DNA of 64,000 bases, from NCBI GenBank assembly GCA_017624735.1, contig JAGAMK010000027.1:9280-73279 (forward strand). Reading direction: 5' to 3'. The DNA comes from Clostridia bacterium (GTDB lineage Bacteria; Bacillota; Clostridia; Oscillospirales; Acutalibacteraceae). The notes under the pieces are model-generated. The model ran no database searches and was not told the DNA's origin. It saw only the letters and a program-made list of their open reading frames with translations. The position numbers and the translations under genes are program-made. Numbering within the stretch: the first letter of the stretch is position 1; every line of letters begins with the position of its first letter. Shown in pieces: positions 1-9,964 of the stretch.

Positions 1-1193
1 TTTTAACTCCACAAGAAATCAGAAGTTTGTTTAAAGTATTAAGTGCAATGAGAAATGATGGTAAATCAATTATTATCATTACTCACAAGCTGAATGAGGT
101 TATGGAAATTTCTGACAGAGTTTCTGTTTTGCGTAAAGGTGAGCATATTGCTACAGTAAACACAGCAGAGACATCTGAAAAAGAACTTACTGAAATGATG
201 GTAGGCAAGAAGGTTGAACTTAATATTAATCGTACTGACCCGGTTGACAATAAAATCAGACTTTCAGTTTCGGGTTTAACTGTTGTAAATTCCGATGGTT
301 ATAAAGTACTTGACGATGTTTCATTTAATGCTTACAGTGGTGAAATTCTCGGTATCGCTGGTATCGCAGGCAGCGGTCAGAAGGAATTACTTGAAACAAT
401 TGCAGGACTTAACAACTATCAATCAGGAACATTAACATACTATCATCCTAAAAAAGATAAGCCAGTTTCCTTTTATCATAAAACATATAAACGAGTTATG
501 GAGCTTGCTCGTGAAAACGCATTTAAGGATGAAAAAGGCAACGATATTGATTTTAGCAAGTTGTCTAAAAAAGAAATTAAAGACCTTGTAAATAGTGAAA
601 GAATTATTTTTAAAGAGGACGAGGTTGTAGATTTAAAGAACAAGAACCCGAGAGAAATTCGTGAACTTGGAATTCGTTTGTCCTTTGTCCCTGAAGACAG
701 ACTTGGTATGGGTCTTGTTGGTAATATGAATATTATTGACAATATGATGCTTCGTAGTTACAGAAAAGGAAAATCAATGTTCCTTGACAGAAAGAAGCCG
801 TCAGACCTTGCTGACAGAATTATCAGTGAATTAGAGGTTAACACTCCCGATTCACATACTGCAGTCAGAAAGCTTTCAGGCGGTAATGTCCAAAAGGTTC
901 TCGTTGGTCGTGAAATTGCGGCAGCACCTGCAGTTTTAATGACCGCATATCCTGTTCGTGGGCTTGATATTAATTCTTCATATACAATTTATAATCTCCT
1001 GAATGAACAAAAGCAAAACGGTGTTGCGGTTATTTTTGTTGGTGAAGATTTGGACGTATTAATGGCATTAAGTGACAAAATATTAGTTTTAAGTGGTGGT
1101 AAAATTTCAGGTATCGTGGATGCCAGAACAGTTACCAAGGATGAAATCGGTCTTTTAATGGTTAAAACTAATAAAGATGAGGTAACGGAATGA
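1..1193 (+). CDS. ABC transporter ATP-binding protein, 3' part (5' end outside window); tandem-ATPase of BMP/nucleoside-sugar type
   Basis: Frame 3 is open to the window edge (LTPQEIRSLF...IIITHKL, the tail of a first ABC domain). The second domain has Walker A GIAGSGQKE and signature LSGGNVQK. The stop overlaps the next gene's start (ATGA). Confidence 0.85.
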   Translation, partial: LTPQEIRSLFKVLSAMRNDGKSIIIITHKLNEVMEISDRVSVLRKGEHIATVNTAETSEKELTEMMVGKKVELNINRTDPVDNKIRLSVSGLTVVNSDGYKVLDDVSFNAYSGEILGIAGIAGSGQKELLETIAGLNNYQSGTLTYYHPKKDKPVSFYHKTYKRVMELARENAFKDEKGNDIDFSKLSKKEIKDLVNSERIIFKEDEVVDLKNKNPREIRELGIRLSFVPEDRLGMGLVGNMNIIDNMMLRSYRKGKSMFLDRKKPSDLADRIISELEVNTPDSHTAVRKLSGGNVQKVLVGREIAAAPAVLMTAYPVRGLDINSSYTIYNLLNEQKQNGVAVIFVGEDLDVLMALSDKILVLSGGKISGIVDARTVTKDEIGLLMVKTNKDEVTE

Positions 1194-2290
1194 AAAAGAA
1201 TACAAATAATTTAAAAGAACCTTTTGTCCGCATTGTAAAACGTGACAATATTACAATTCCAAAAGTCATAATTGTTTATTCCGTAGCCATTGTTGCAGGA
1301 TTGCTCTTATGTGGAATAATCTGTACATTGTTTTCAGATAAAGGCTTATTTGATTTCTTTGAATCTTTGTTTAACGGGGCTTTTGGCAGTGAACGAAAAT
1401 TATGGCTTTTATTACAGGATACATCTCTTCTTCTTGGTGTTTCAATGGCTTTGCTTCCTGCCTTTAAAATGAAGTTTTGGAACTTGGGCGGAAACGGTCA
1501 GATTCTCGTGAGTTGCCTTTCAGCAGTTGCTTGTATGTATTATCTCGGAGGAAAAGTTGCGGATTCAATAATTATTCCACTTATGCTTCTTGCCAGTGTT
1601 GTCAGTGGTGCATTGTGGGCAGTTATTCCTGCAATCTTCAAAGCAAAGTTTAATACAAATGAATCATTATTTACGCTTATGATGAACTATATAGCACAAG
1701 GTCTTGTTGCTTTATTTATTACGATTTGGGTAAAAACGGGTTCAGGTGTTTTAGCGCCAATACCTTATGGTAATGTCCCTGAAATCGGCAATAAATACTT
1801 ATTACCTATCATTTTATTTGCTGTAATTACAGTATTAATGTACATATACCTTCGATTTTCAAAGCACGGTTATGAGATTTCTGTTGTTGGTGAAAGTATC
1901 AACACAGCAAAATATGTAGGTATTAAAGTTGATAAAGTTATTATTCGTACAATGATTTTATCTGGAGCAATAGCAGGTCTTGTAGGCTTTATCCTTGCCG
2001 GCTCAATTAACCATACAGTAAGTACTGCATCTGCTAATAATATGGGCTTTACAGGTATTATGACTACTTGGCTCGCTGCATTTAATCCGTTAATTGTTGT
2101 TTTAACAAGCTTTTTCATTACTTTTATTTCTAAAGGTATGATGGATGTAAGAAAAACCTTTATGTTTACAAATGATGCAATTTCAAACATAGTTGTTGGT
2201 ATTATTTATTTCATAGTAATTGTTTGTTCGTTTTTCATTAACTACAAGCTTGTGTTCAGAAAAAAAGAAAAGGAGGAAATTAAGAAATGA
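1190..2290 (+). CDS. ABC transporter permease (BMP-family/nucleoside-type, first permease)
   Basis: 366-aa polytopic hydrophobic protein, translationally coupled to the ATPase upstream and the second permease downstream. Confidence 0.8.
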   Translation: MKKNTNNLKEPFVRIVKRDNITIPKVIIVYSVAIVAGLLLCGIICTLFSDKGLFDFFESLFNGAFGSERKLWLLLQDTSLLLGVSMALLPAFKMKFWNLGGNGQILVSCLSAVACMYYLGGKVADSIIIPLMLLASVVSGALWAVIPAIFKAKFNTNESLFTLMMNYIAQGLVALFITIWVKTGSGVLAPIPYGNVPEIGNKYLLPIILFAVITVLMYIYLRFSKHGYEISVVGESINTAKYVGIKVDKVIIRTMILSGAIAGLVGFILAGSINHTVSTASANNMGFTGIMTTWLAAFNPLIVVLTSFFITFISKGMMDVRKTFMFTNDAISNIVVGIIYFIVIVCSFFINYKLVFRKKEKEEIKK

Positions 2291-3255
2291 TTGTTACATT
2301 CTTAATGAGTGCAATTGCAATTGGCACGGTTCTTCTTTTTGGTTGTGTAGGTGAAACAATTACTGAAAAAGCCGGTCATCTTAACCTTGGTATTCCCGGA
2401 ATAATGTGTACCGGTACTGTGGGTGGTTGCCTTTTCGTCAGTTTATATATACACTCTATTGAAACAGTTGAAAGTGCGTCTTGGTTTATCCTGATAGCAA
2501 TATCATTACTTGGTTCATTCCTTTTTGCAATGCTTACCGGTGCAATTTATGCTGTAATGACGATTACATTCCGTTGTAATCAAAATATTACAGGTCTGGC
2601 AATTACAATTTTTGGTAATGGTTTAACACAGTTTTTAATGCATTCCTATGTTGACAGAAGCGGTTTTTCAACAGCAGGTAAGATTATAGCTAAATGCTTA
2701 CCGTTTGCTGAAAATTCAGATGGTATTTTTAAAGTCTTATTTGGTCATGGCATATATGTTTATTTGGCAATTGCAATTGCTTTGATAACCACATTCATTT
2801 TTAATCGAACAAGAGTAGGTCTTAATCTTAGAGCGATTGGCGAAAGTGCAGCAACTGCTGATGCAATGGGTGTTAATGTTACATTATACAAGTATGTTGC
2901 AATTTTGATTGGTAGTGGTATTGCTGGTTTTGGTGGCGTATTCTACATTATGGACTATGTTAAGGGTAGTTGGGAAACAGCATTTACAATTGAGGCATTC
3001 GGTTGGCTTGCAATAGCACTTGTCATTTTCACTTTATGGAAACCAAATGTTTCAATTATTGGCTCATATATTTTTGGTGCTTTATATATTGCCGCATTTG
3101 TTTTTGGCAACATCACATCATCAGAACGAGAAATACTAAAAATGTTGCCTTATGTAATTACAATTGTTGTTTTAATCATTACCAGTATTACAAACAAAAA
3201 AGAGAATCAAGCACCGGCTTCACTTGGATTGTCGTATTTCAGAGAAGATAGGTAA
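2287..3255 (+). CDS. ABC transporter permease (second permease)
   Basis: 322-aa polytopic protein with a 4-nt overlap to the preceding permease. Confidence 0.8.
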   Translation: MIVTFLMSAIAIGTVLLFGCVGETITEKAGHLNLGIPGIMCTGTVGGCLFVSLYIHSIETVESASWFILIAISLLGSFLFAMLTGAIYAVMTITFRCNQNITGLAITIFGNGLTQFLMHSYVDRSGFSTAGKIIAKCLPFAENSDGIFKVLFGHGIYVYLAIAIALITTFIFNRTRVGLNLRAIGESAATADAMGVNVTLYKYVAILIGSGIAGFGGVFYIMDYVKGSWETAFTIEAFGWLAIALVIFTLWKPNVSIIGSYIFGALYIAAFVFGNITSSEREILKMLPYVITIVVLIITSITNKKENQAPASLGLSYFREDR

Positions 3256-3269
3256 AAGGAAGTATAATT

Positions 3270-4664
3270 ATGAATAACAATTATGACGTCATTATTATTG
3301 GCGCAGGCCCTTCTGGTATTTTCTGCGCTTATGAACTCTTGGCAAAAAGGCCTGACATCAATATTCTTATAATTGAAAAGGGCCGTTCTATTGAAAAAAG
3401 AATGTGTCCTAAAAGGACAACAAAAAAATGTGTTGGATGTAAACCTTGTTCAATAACAACTGGTTTTGCCGGTGCCGGTGCATTTTCAGATGGTAAACTT
3501 TCTCTTTCACCTGATGTAGGCGGACATCTTCCTAATATTCTTGGCTATGAAAAAACAATGGAACTTCTTAAGGAAGCAGACAGTGTTTATCTTGATTTTG
3601 GTGCTGACAAGAATGTTTATGGTGTTGATAAGCAGAAAGAGATTGAAGAAATTCGTCGAAAAGCAATCAATGCTAATCTTAAACTGATTGAGTGTCCTAT
3701 TCGTCATCTTGGCACAGAAGAAGGCTATAAGATATATGGCAGACTTCAACGTCATCTTGAAGACAATGGATGCAATATTATCTTTAACACTATGGTTGAA
3801 GATATTATTATTGAAGATAATCAGGTTAAAGGTGTTGTTGCCGGCGGTAACACATACTATTCCAACAAAATCGTTGCAGCCGTTGGTCGTGAGGGTGCAG
3901 AGTGGTTAAGCCATATTTGTAAAGACCATAACATTGAAACACAGGTTGGTACTGTTGATGTTGGAGTCAGAGTTGAGGTTCGTGACGAGGTTATGAAATT
4001 CCTCAATGAAAATCTTTATGAGGCAAAGCTTGTTTACTACTCACAGACCTTTGACGATAAAGTAAGAACCTTCTGTTCAAACCCATCAGGCGAGGTAGCA
4101 ACAGAGTATTATGACAACGGTCTTGCTGTAGTAAATGGTCACGCATATAAATCTGCAGAATATAAGACTAATAATACAAACTTTGCACTTCTTGTATCAA
4201 AGAATTTCACAAAACCATTTAAATCTCCTATTGAATATGGTAAGCATATAGCACAGTTAAGTAATATGCTTTGTGATGGTAAAATTCTTGTTCAGACTTA
4301 TGGTGACTTTAAACGCGGCAGACGAACAACTGCAGAAAGACTTTGCAGAAATAATCTTATTCCAACGCTTAAAGATGCTGTTCCCGGTGATTTGTCCCTT
4401 GTTTTCCCACACAGAATTATGGTTGATATAGCAGAAATGCTTGAAGCACTTGATAAAGTAACTCCGGGTATCGCAAGTGATGAAACATTGCTTTATGGTG
4501 TTGAAGTTAAATTCTATTCAAATAAAGTTGTTGTTGATACAAACTTTGAAACAAGCGTTAAAGGTCTTCATGCAATCGGTGATGGTGCATCCGTTACTCG
4601 TGGACTTATGCAAGCATCCTCAAACGGAATCAGCGTTGCAAGAAGTATTCTTTCAAATATGTAA
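3270..4664 (+). CDS. NAD(FAD)-dependent dehydrogenase of unknown substrate (COG2509-like)
   Basis: N-terminal dinucleotide fold YDVIIIGAGPSGIF and C-terminal GDGASVTRG flavoprotein motif. 464 aa. Confidence 0.7.
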   Translation: MNNNYDVIIIGAGPSGIFCAYELLAKRPDINILIIEKGRSIEKRMCPKRTTKKCVGCKPCSITTGFAGAGAFSDGKLSLSPDVGGHLPNILGYEKTMELLKEADSVYLDFGADKNVYGVDKQKEIEEIRRKAINANLKLIECPIRHLGTEEGYKIYGRLQRHLEDNGCNIIFNTMVEDIIIEDNQVKGVVAGGNTYYSNKIVAAVGREGAEWLSHICKDHNIETQVGTVDVGVRVEVRDEVMKFLNENLYEAKLVYYSQTFDDKVRTFCSNPSGEVATEYYDNGLAVVNGHAYKSAEYKTNNTNFALLVSKNFTKPFKSPIEYGKHIAQLSNMLCDGKILVQTYGDFKRGRRTTAERLCRNNLIPTLKDAVPGDLSLVFPHRIMVDIAEMLEALDKVTPGIASDETLLYGVEVKFYSNKVVVDTNFETSVKGLHAIGDGASVTRGLMQASSNGISVARSILSNM

Positions 4665-4674
4665 CCGTAACCAT

Positions 4675-4707
4675 GGCAGTGCATTTAGGTGTACTGCCTA
4701 ATTTTTT
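4675..4707 (+). terminator. Rho-independent terminator after the FAD oxidoreductase
   Basis: ggcagt...actgcc stem followed by taatttttt. Confidence 0.6.
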
Positions 4708-4708
4708 C

Positions 4709-4736
4709 TTGATTTTTATTATGTGGATGATATAAT
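4709..4736 (+). promoter_or_regulatory. Sigma-A-type promoter (TTGATT-16 nt-TGATATAAT) for the ECF S-component gene
   Basis: ttgatt at 4709-4714 and extended -10 tgatataat ending at 4736. Nearly the same cassette recurs at 56738-56765. Confidence 0.5.
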
Positions 4737-4803
4737 TATTATTGCAATTTTTCTTGCAACAATCAGAAATAAACAAAACAGTGTGATTGGTTAGGAATCC
4801 TAT

Positions 4804-5346
4804 ATGAAAACTAAAAAACTTGTAATAAATATATCATTATCAGGCTTGTTTTTGGCTTTGGCTTATGTAATGCCATTCATTACAGGACAAATTCCTGAGA
4901 TTGGTAAAATGCTTTGCCCAATGCATATTCCCGTTCTTCTTTGCGGGTTTATTTGTGGTGCACCTTACGGAATGGTTGTCGGTGCTATTGCTCCATTACT
5001 TCGTTCACTTACACTTGGTATGCCTCCATTTTTAACAGCAGTTACAATGGCATTTGAACTTGCGACCTATGGCTTAATAGCAGGGCTTTTATACAACGTA
5101 TTATCAAAGAAAAAAATTAATATTTATGTTTCACTTGTTGGTGCAATGGTAATTGGACGCATTGTAGAGGGATTTGCAAGTTATTGTATTTATCTGTTGG
5201 GATTTAATGTTGACCCATATACTTTTGCAACATTCTGGACCAGCACAGTTGTAAATGCAATACCAGGAATTATTGCACAAATTATACTTGTTCCAATCGT
5301 TGTGATGCTTTTAGAAAAATCAAAACTGATTTCAAAGGAAAAATAA
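4804..5346 (+). CDS. ECF transporter S component (substrate unknown)
   Basis: 180 aa, about 5-6 TM segments, small hydrophobic protein typical of ECF S components. No EcfA/T genes are adjacent. Confidence 0.6.
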   Translation: MKTKKLVINISLSGLFLALAYVMPFITGQIPEIGKMLCPMHIPVLLCGFICGAPYGMVVGAIAPLLRSLTLGMPPFLTAVTMAFELATYGLIAGLLYNVLSKKKINIYVSLVGAMVIGRIVEGFASYCIYLLGFNVDPYTFATFWTSTVVNAIPGIIAQIILVPIVVMLLEKSKLISKEK

Positions 5347-5363
5347 CTATTAAAATATTAGTA

Positions 5364-5409
5364 AAAAACAAACCTCCTATGGTCTTAGTTGACCATAGGA
5401 GGTTTTTGT
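5364..5409. terminator. Bidirectional terminator between convergent genes
   Basis: 14-bp perfect stem aacctcctatggtc/gaccataggaggtt, with an A-run upstream and a T-run downstream. Confidence 0.8.
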
Positions 5410-5424
5410 TGCCTATTTAACGCC

Positions 5425-6846
5425 TTATTTCAAAATGGAAATAGCATCACTGATTGTTTTTTCAAGTGCTTCCTTACCATATTTATCAACTTCAAGCTTG
5501 TTCTTTTCACCATGTGTAAGGCATCCTGCACCACCGATACAACCACCGGTACAAGCCATGCCTTCAATGAAGTTTGAGTCGAGCACATTCTTACTTCTTT
5601 TAAGTAATGCGACTTTACATGCTTCAATACCATCACAAACAGTAGGTTTTACAGTAAAATCAATTTTCTGTTCGTTAAGAGCTTGAACAACTGCATCCGA
5701 AAGACCACCTGAACGAGCAAAGATTCTTCCAAAATATGATGCGTTATCAAGGATGTCTTCAGGAAGTGAAGTAATGTCAATATCTTTACTGTCAAAGAGA
5801 GCCTGAAGTTCTTCAAAAGTAAGAACACTATCAATGTAATCCTTCACACTATCAAGCTTTGCTTCAGCTTTTTTTGCAGTACAAGGTCCGATGAAAACAA
5901 CCTTAGCATTCTTACTTGTTTCTTTAATATACTTTGCCAGCATTGCCATAGGAGACAAGTTGTGAGAAATATGAGGTATAAGTGTTGGGTAAGATGATTT
6001 TATATACTGTACAAAAGCAGGGCAACATGAACTTGTAAGAAATCCTTTTTCGCTAAGTTCTTTTGCTTCTTCCATTGCTACCATATCAGCACCGAGAGCT
6101 GCTTCTACAACTGTGTAGAAACCAAGTCTTTTAAGACCTGTAATGACTTGTCCGAGTTTAGCATAAGTAAACTGACTTGATATTGATGGAGCAACAACTG
6201 CATATACTTTATAATCTTTGTTATCGTTACTCTTTTTTATCATATCAATGACATCAAGAATAAATGATTTATCACTGATTGCACCAAATGGGCACTGATA
6301 TACACAAGCACCACATTGAATACATTTATTATTATCAATAGCAGCTGCGTTATCGTCGTTAATTTTAATCGCTTTTACTTTACAAGCACTCTGGCATGGA
6401 CGTTTGCGATTAACGATGGCAGAGAAAGGACAAACCTTTGCACATTGACCACATTCAACACATTTAGATTTATCAATATGAGCTACATGGTTGTGGTCAA
6501 AGGAAATTGCACCACGCTTACAAACATCTTCACATCTATGAGCAAGGCAACCACGACATGAATCGGTTACTTCATATCCTGCTGCCGGGCATTCGTCACA
6601 AGCAATATCAATAACCTCAATAACATTTGGGTTTTGCTTATCTCCACCCATAGCAAGTTTAACACGTTGAGCAAGGATTGCTCTCTCTTTGTAAACACAG
6701 CATCTCATTGTTGGTTCTTTACCGGGAGCAATTGACTTAGGAATATCCCAAAGGTTTTCAATAAGAGTGTCGTCCCAACTGTGTTTCGCGACTTCACGCA
6801 AAACTTTATACTTTAAATACTGTACTTTAGTATCAAACTTTCTCAT
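5425..6846 (-). CDS. hydA: [FeFe] hydrogenase, monomeric group-B-like (putative ferredoxin-dependent catalytic enzyme)
   Basis: Several ferredoxin-type CxxCxxCxxxCP motifs. H-cluster motifs are TSSCCP (L1), GPCTAKKAE (L2) and EGMACTGGCIGGAGC (L3). Confidence 0.85.
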   Translation of the reverse strand: MRKFDTKVQYLKYKVLREVAKHSWDDTLIENLWDIPKSIAPGKEPTMRCCVYKERAILAQRVKLAMGGDKQNPNVIEVIDIACDECPAAGYEVTDSCRGCLAHRCEDVCKRGAISFDHNHVAHIDKSKCVECGQCAKVCPFSAIVNRKRPCQSACKVKAIKINDDNAAAIDNNKCIQCGACVYQCPFGAISDKSFILDVIDMIKKSNDNKDYKVYAVVAPSISSQFTYAKLGQVITGLKRLGFYTVVEAALGADMVAMEEAKELSEKGFLTSSCCPAFVQYIKSSYPTLIPHISHNLSPMAMLAKYIKETSKNAKVVFIGPCTAKKAEAKLDSVKDYIDSVLTFEELQALFDSKDIDITSLPEDILDNASYFGRIFARSGGLSDAVVQALNEQKIDFTVKPTVCDGIEACKVALLKRSKNVLDSNFIEGMACTGGCIGGAGCLTHGEKNKLEVDKYGKEALEKTISDAISILK

Positions 6847-6859
6847 TTATGTATACTCC

Positions 6860-8032
6860 TTAGAAATAACTTACTTTTATCTTCTTGCCCATCTTCTTGA
6901 GTGCTTTTGAAAGTTCTTCAACAAGATTCATTTTAATATTAAAATTGATAGGCAAATCAGGGTTTTGATGAGCTGGGTTAATAGCTCTACCAACATAGAA
7001 ATTTATATCGGTTGCTTCTTCAAATAACAAACGACAAATAAGAGAAGCACCATCCTTCTTAAAACTCCAATGTTCGTAGTGCTTGTTTTCACCAAGATAA
7101 TCCTTTGCATACTCAACAACACGGTTGACTGTAATAACACCTTCCGTTACCAAATCAACACCTTCCAATTCTGCAATAGGAGGGATGTCGCTTTGCTCAA
7201 AATTAAGTGATGCTCTGAGAGGTTTTCTTAAGAAATTTGCTGCAATTGTAGAGGTTGTACCACCACAAATGATGTGTTTGCCTTCTTTTGAGAAGAAAAG
7301 AGACATCATTCTGTCAGCATCATCACGATTTGAAGGAGGACCAAAAAGCATATTCATTGGGATTCTCTTTCTGATTCTGACAACACAAGCTGTTGCATCA
7401 TCTCCAGGTTCGTGACCGTAAAGGTTATCACATTCATCTACAAGCATTGTTGAGAGTGTTTTTGCTGTATATCCGGCAGGAGCGAGTGTTTCAATAAAAT
7501 CAATAATATCTTCTCTCTTCCAACCGAAATTATATAACATACCTATTCCTGCATGGGGACAACCGTCACTCATCATAACAAATATATCGTTTTCTTGTAA
7601 TTTTATAACGGATTTGAATATCTTTTTACCACCGATATTCATTTCTGTTTTAGGATAATCCCAATTCTTTTCATCACGGATGATAATTATATGTGGGTTA
7701 TCATATTGAATAAGCTCTGCAGTTTGATTGTTTTTGAGATGAACAATTGTAAAAGTTGAATAAGCAACCCCTCGTATAGAGCATACAGGCAGAGTTGCAG
7801 CAATTGTTTCTACACATTCTTCGAGGGACAAACCTTCTGCAAGCATGGTTGAGATGATTTTTGATGTAAGAGTTGAGAGAATGCTTGCTTTTACACCACT
7901 ACCAAGACCGTCAGACAACACAATGACTGTGGAGTCGTCACTTGGCTCAACAATATCAACATGGTCCCCACAAAGCTCTTCACCATAATGATTTATACTT
8001 TTATATCCGATATCGGCACACAAATCATTCAT
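6860..8032 (-). CDS. PP2C/SpoIIE-family serine phosphatase with extra C-terminal domain
   Basis: ELCGDHVD...VLSDGLGSGVKAS...MMSDG...GDDATAC metal-binding Asp motifs. Its start overlaps the stop of the HydS-like gene by 8 nt. Confidence 0.8.
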   Translation of the reverse strand: MNDLCADIGYKSINHYGEELCGDHVDIVEPSDDSTVIVLSDGLGSGVKASILSTLTSKIISTMLAEGLSLEECVETIAATLPVCSIRGVAYSTFTIVHLKNNQTAELIQYDNPHIIIIRDEKNWDYPKTEMNIGGKKIFKSVIKLQENDIFVMMSDGCPHAGIGMLYNFGWKREDIIDFIETLAPAGYTAKTLSTMLVDECDNLYGHEPGDDATACVVRIRKRIPMNMLFGPPSNRDDADRMMSLFFSKEGKHIICGGTTSTIAANFLRKPLRASLNFEQSDIPPIAELEGVDLVTEGVITVNRVVEYAKDYLGENKHYEHWSFKKDGASLICRLLFEEATDINFYVGRAINPAHQNPDLPINFNIKMNLVEELSKALKKMGKKIKVSYF

Positions 8033-9698
8033 TAGTTATTGACTCCTTAAGTTTTGCAAGAGCGATTTTTGTTTCAGCCGCAGTTTCACCTAAAAGGGAA
8101 GCGATTTCTTGAACAATTCGCATCTGTTTTTCAACAACCTTGTCAGCAACTTCAACTGTCTGACGGCTGATATCTTCTTTCTTTTCACGTTCTTTTTCTT
8201 CGTCTGTAACATCACGCATAATTGTGATTAAAAGGTGAGAATCCTTATCGTGAACAACGGTTTGCTCAATATATCTCTTATACTCTGCAAGATAAACACG
8301 TTCGTCACGCACATTTCTTCCGGTACTCATAACAGTCATAAATACTGTTGGGTCAAGAATTCTGATAACTTGGTCACCAAGCACATCAGAAGCAGAGCGA
8401 ATATTCATTATTTTTCTTGCAGAATCATTTATCTGTTGAACTTCAAGTTGCTCGTTAAGAACAATAAGTCCGTTTGGAGAGTTGTTAACAATAGTATCTG
8501 AAAAGCTTTCAGCTTTATCTTTAAGGTAGGGGAGACACATTGAAATCTCTGCTTTGCCTTGAATAATTGCAATAGCTTTTTCACGACAAGTGTTGTAACC
8601 GCAAGAGCCACAGTTGAGTTCCTGTGATGGTTTGAACTTGCCCATCTGACGAAGAATATTGCTTATTTCAATTTCAGATGGTTGTGCATTCTTTTTATCG
8701 ATATAAGTAAATAATTTTTTCAGTTCAACTGAGTCCGGCTGTGATACCTCAAAATCTTTTTTACCAGCATAATTTGCAACTTCAATATAATCCTTGATAT
8801 TTGATGTGTGATGATATTTTTCGATTACAGGACCACCAACACAGCTACCAACACAAGCAGACATCTCTATAAAGCATTTATGTATTTTATCTTTTTCAAT
8901 ATCTCTTAAAACCTGAATACAGTTCTCAACACCGTCGATTGCAACGTAGGTGTAACCTTCAACTTCATTCATTGTTTTAAGTATGCCGCCAGTTGTAGGG
9001 AAGAAACGAGCACGGCTGTTGTTATTGTTATCCTGAATAGTTTCAATTTCAATGTTTTCTTCTTTAAGCCATTGTGAAAGTTCTTCAAAAGTTAAAACTG
9101 CATCAACGATATCACCATAGTGTTCAGCCTCATCTTTTTTTGCAACACAAGGACCAACGAATACGGTTTTAGCATTTGGTATTCTTCTCTTGATGTCTTG
9201 ACAATGTGCTTGCATGGGGGACATAACATCTGCGAGATACTGCAATGCCACAGGATAGTATTTCTGAATAAGTAAATTGATAGAATGACAACAAGAGGAA
9301 ATAATAACATCTCTGTCTTCGTCCTTTAACATTCTCTCGTATTCATTTTTAACGATAGTTGCACCAACTGCAGTTTCCTCTGCGTCATAAAACCCGAGTT
9401 TTTTAAGCGCTGTACGCATAGAGTCAATACCGGCGCCGTCATAGTTAGCAATAAATGAAGGTGCGATACTTACAACAACAGGGTCACCACTTTGAAGTAA
9501 TACTTTTACTTTTTCAACTTCATTAACGATTTGTTTTGCATCCTGTGGACAAACAACAAAACACTGACCACATAAAATACATTCGTTGCCGATAATATGA
9601 GCCTGGTTTCCTGAAAAGCGAATTGCTTTTACAGGACAATGGCGAATACATTTGTAGCAATTCTTACAATCTGATTTTTTTAAAGTCAAGCAATTCAT
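8025..9698 (-). CDS. hydS: Sensory-type (group C, HydS-like) [FeFe] hydrogenase with C-terminal Cys cluster and PAS domain
   Basis: Two N-terminal 4Fe-4S motifs. Degenerate H-cluster motifs SSCCHS, GPCVAKKDE and EMSACVGSCVGGP (Ser replaces the Met of MAC). Then CGSCGYNTC...C and a PAS-like region. Confidence 0.8.
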   Translation of the reverse strand: MNCLTLKKSDCKNCYKCIRHCPVKAIRFSGNQAHIIGNECILCGQCFVVCPQDAKQIVNEVEKVKVLLQSGDPVVVSIAPSFIANYDGAGIDSMRTALKKLGFYDAEETAVGATIVKNEYERMLKDEDRDVIISSCCHSINLLIQKYYPVALQYLADVMSPMQAHCQDIKRRIPNAKTVFVGPCVAKKDEAEHYGDIVDAVLTFEELSQWLKEENIEIETIQDNNNNSRARFFPTTGGILKTMNEVEGYTYVAIDGVENCIQVLRDIEKDKIHKCFIEMSACVGSCVGGPVIEKYHHTSNIKDYIEVANYAGKKDFEVSQPDSVELKKLFTYIDKKNAQPSEIEISNILRQMGKFKPSQELNCGSCGYNTCREKAIAIIQGKAEISMCLPYLKDKAESFSDTIVNNSPNGLIVLNEQLEVQQINDSARKIMNIRSASDVLGDQVIRILDPTVFMTVMSTGRNVRDERVYLAEYKRYIEQTVVHDKDSHLLITIMRDVTDEEKEREKKEDISRQTVEVADKVVEKQMRIVQEIASLLGETAAETKIALAKLKESITNE

Positions 9699-9717
9699 TT
9701 ACTGCTACTACCTTTCA

Positions 9718-9963
9718 TCAAAATTTACTTAATACGTGTTCTTCAAAGAATTCTTTAAAGTTTTCCTTTGTAATGCCTGTATGTACATCATCATCTATCT
9801 GAATTGTCACACCAACACGATTACACTTACCGATACAAAAACTACCTACAAGTGTTATTTCATCCTTTAAGTGGTTTTCTTCAATAGCTTTTTGAAGAAG
9901 TTCTACAATTTCAGGAGAGCCTTTTAAATGACAAGAACTACCGACACAAATCTGAATAATCAT
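9718..9963 (-). CDS. Thioredoxin-like [2Fe-2S] ferredoxin-domain protein
   Basis: 81 aa with CxGSSCHLKGS...C.GKC. Tandem paralogue of the next ORF. Confidence 0.7.
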   Translation of the reverse strand: MIIQICVGSSCHLKGSPEIVELLQKAIEENHLKDEITLVGSFCIGKCNRVGVTIQIDDDVHTGITKENFKEFFEEHVLSKF

Positions 9964-9964
9964 A